Origin: Eukaryota sp. GEM-RC1
Taxonomy: Eukaryota
Assembly: GCA_040285855.1 (NCBI GenBank)
Contig: JAUFOQ010000002.1
Location: 1,426,001-1,490,000, forward strand
Direction: 5' to 3'
Length of the DNA stretch: 64,000 nucleotides
The notes under the pieces were generated by a model. It did not search any database. It had not been told where the DNA came from and saw only the letters and a program-made list of their open reading frames with translations. Of this stretch, positions 61,310 to 64,000 are shown in pieces. The first letter of the stretch is position 1, and the number at the start of each line of letters is the position of its first letter. Position numbers and translations under genes: made by a program.

Positions 61310-62278
61310 CTTTTGTTCACTTATCGACATTTATTGAAATATCTCGCAGCTTGTTTTCTGCTTGAGCTCACTTCATTGTATCAGAAATTTTCATGGTAAT
61401 TGTGTGATAGAATGTCGATGAATGAAATACTATCCAATCCTTTACTCGCACTCAACATCATGATTACATCATTTTTCAACTATTGAAATTGAGAAGAAAA
61501 CGTCTTCTATTTACTGTTGAACAGTAAAGGTTACCATTGAGAAAATGTATACTAAAATCTCTACATCTCCTCAAGTCCTTTTCTAAAACAAAAGAGACAG
61601 ATCATAGTCGAATGAATTTCCCAGCATTTCCCTCTTCAATCACGTCCCTAATTGGAAACTAAATTCATTAGTTTTTTTGGTTCATTTCAGTTTGTAGTCA
61701 AGTTGAGCAGAACCTTTATAAAACAGATTGTTCATAATATTTTGTGTATAAAAAACAATAAAAATTAAACCACCAGTGGCTGATACAACATTAAAATTTT
61801 GACTGTCGAGTTCTAATAACTTCGGCAAACTGAAATACTTGTTCTCTTTCTTCTAGGCAAATAGAACAGAATAAAACAACGAACTGTGGAATAAAGAATA
61901 AATCTAGATTATTGAAAGACTTCTAAAGACTTCCTTAGCAGGGGTAGATACTTATCAATTTACAGTGCACCAAAACGTCACCTTTGATAACTCTAATCAA
62001 AACACGTGTTAGATGTTTGAGATGAAATCTTCAACAAACAAACTTCAGTGATAGTGAATGTCATTAATATCTTAGATTATTTAAAATAATGGTGAAATAT
62101 ACAGTAACATGTTCAAAATTGTCTCGGTTTAACTTATTGGCTGACGTCGTTCAATCAATCAATCAAATCATCGATCACTAAACCAATCATCGACGTGACG
62201 GTAGAAAACTGAATACGAAAGCGTCAGTTGCAAGTGGAAAACGCAAACATCAATAGAAAAAAGCAATATTATCAGTGA

Positions 62279-63327
62279 TTACCCTACTAATTGACTTAAA
62301 ACAGTTGGTCTAGAAACTTTAGTTCGACCTAGAAACTGTAAGGAACTTGTCCTTGAAGAAACTGATGACGTCTGCAGCTTCGAAACTGACTTTGTTCGGT
62401 CCATTCCACTTACTAACTGAGCATTGCACTTATCAACGAACTTCTGAAGATCAGGAAATGGAGAATGCAGGGAATAGTCTAGATAAACTGATTGACATGA
62501 GCAGTCAACGTGACTATTGGAAACTTTCAGACATTGGCACAAACTGTTGAAGCCTTTGGTGTGAAAGCGAACTGAAACAATTCTAGGATGATTTTGGGGT
62601 AATTGAAGGGGTTTTCGAAAAGAGTTAGACTTAGACCACAAAGCAACAGAGCAATGGGGAAGATCGTCAAGTGTAGAAAAAGGTCGTAATTTGTTCAAAA
62701 AATGAACATTTTTTGAAATAATACTTGAAGAATTGACAGGAGTTGTTCAGTTACGAAGAGAGAAAGATCTAAAGAATTCACCAGGAATATCATCAACGGT
62801 TCATATCCAACTGACTCAACATCGAACAGCACAGTATGTTGAGGGTGACTAGAGAGAATTTCTTTTACAAGAGGAAACACGTCCTGTTGCAAGTCAGGCA
62901 TGGGCTTTAAACGTGAAGCTAGTTGGTTATCTATGATAAGTTCGGTTAAGGGACTTTTTATGATATTGAGGTGACTGTAGAGAGAAGAGTCAAGAAAACG
63001 GAAGTAACACGTGACAAGAATTGTTTCATCACTGTAGAAACAGAACATGAGAGAACCAGGGCTGTGGTTGCTATCAAAAGCATGAACAGAAAAGTTGGAG
63101 TCAAGTTGAAGTTGTTCTTGAGAGTTGAGAATAGAAATGCGGGAAGAAGGAACATTATTCAGCTGTTGTAGTAGGTTTGCACAAGTAGTAGAACAAAAGA
63201 TAGTACCGGTGTAAGATTCGATGTGCTTTATGTTGTCAGAAGCATAATTGGAGAGAAACCTGTATCGAAAATGAGGAAGAGGAGTCCAATAGTCAATAGA
63301 AACACTGATATTGGGGAGCAGAAGCAT
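62279..63327 (-). CDS. SNM1/Apollo/Artemis-like metallo-beta-lactamase beta-CASP protein, degenerate active site
   Basis: SIDYW, FLS, IFCSTT, NHSPGSLMF, VGYE and YSLHSPF motifs; -1 shift near 62715; 3' end uncertain. Confidence 0.7.
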
Positions 63328-64000
63328 ATTAAATAGATACTTATCGTCGAGATTCCAATACAAGCATACCAGAAGGAAAGGCTTGTTAAAAGAAAGTTTA
63401 TTTTATGAGGGTAAAAAATACATGTACAGTAAACTCTCTCTAATTGCAACCTCTGTAATTTAAAACTCTCTGAAATTGCAACAAAAACCCATGCCACTGA
63501 GTAAAACAATACCAAATTGAAAATTGAAACACTGTTTGAGACCTAATTGAAACATTGAAGTCAACGTTATGCAGTATTCTGGGTGTCTATAGCTAGCTGC
63601 CATATATTGATGTTAGTGTGGAGAAAGTGGAAGACGTTGTTGTTTTTCATAAATCCTACTGTACTCCTCTGGTTTTTCCCATCATCAACTTCAATATACC
63701 GTACACAGTACTGAACATCAACCAAAAGTCAAATACAAAAGCATGTTCGTCAATATTTTGAAGACGATGAAAACACAGAAACTGTAACAGCAGAATCTTT
63801 CCCCAAAAAAAGAACTGAATCATTGTATGAGAATTTTCTCCAATTGTGTTCAAATACATTAGTTTAATGACCTCTCTGCTCTAAATCAAGTGATGATAGA
63901 TCTTCCAGTAGTACTGGGGGAAAAGAGGGAGAATCATTGGTTCATTATTTTGTCAACCTTACGAAATATCGAGGAAACACTTTCTATGTACCATTGTATA

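Noticed and set aside
1..64000. Alternative genetic code or prokaryotic origin
   Set aside because: TAA, TAG and TGA all end conserved genes; spliceosomal introns and eukaryote-specific genes (MED7, VPS20, condensin) are present.

Overview
AT-rich, gene-dense eukaryotic (protist-like) nuclear DNA. It uses the standard genetic code and has rare 27-34 nt introns. Host genes: a 2.6-kb inverted duplication carrying a secreted LRR protein and a signal-anchored protein, a bacterial-type SDR, SSNA1, NDK, an AbpF-like giant protein, WDR11, a cNMP-domain phosphodiesterase, a divergent ORC5, condensin CAP-D2, DXO/Rai1, a multi-TM protein, VPS20, a CLK kinase, MED7, an SNM1/Artemis-like protein, tRNA-Asp and tRNA-Gly. 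Intergenic DNA holds many hAT-type MITEs, 5'-truncated CRE-like RLE retroposons and TA-duplication footprints. The main result is at about 34.0-43.5 kb: a very large Fanzor1 (eukaryotic TnpB-family RNA-guided nuclease) ORF with an intact RuvC D-E-D triad, a C-terminal CCHC knuckle and a structured omegaRNA candidate after its stop codon. It is divergently paired with a Ulp1/C48 protease and lies near a PIF1 helicase fragment and a minisatellite; no transposase is visible. Many ORFs are broken by single-base frameshifts, mostly at homopolymers, so joined coordinates are my reconstructions. All family assignments come from motif recognition by eye; no database searches were run.
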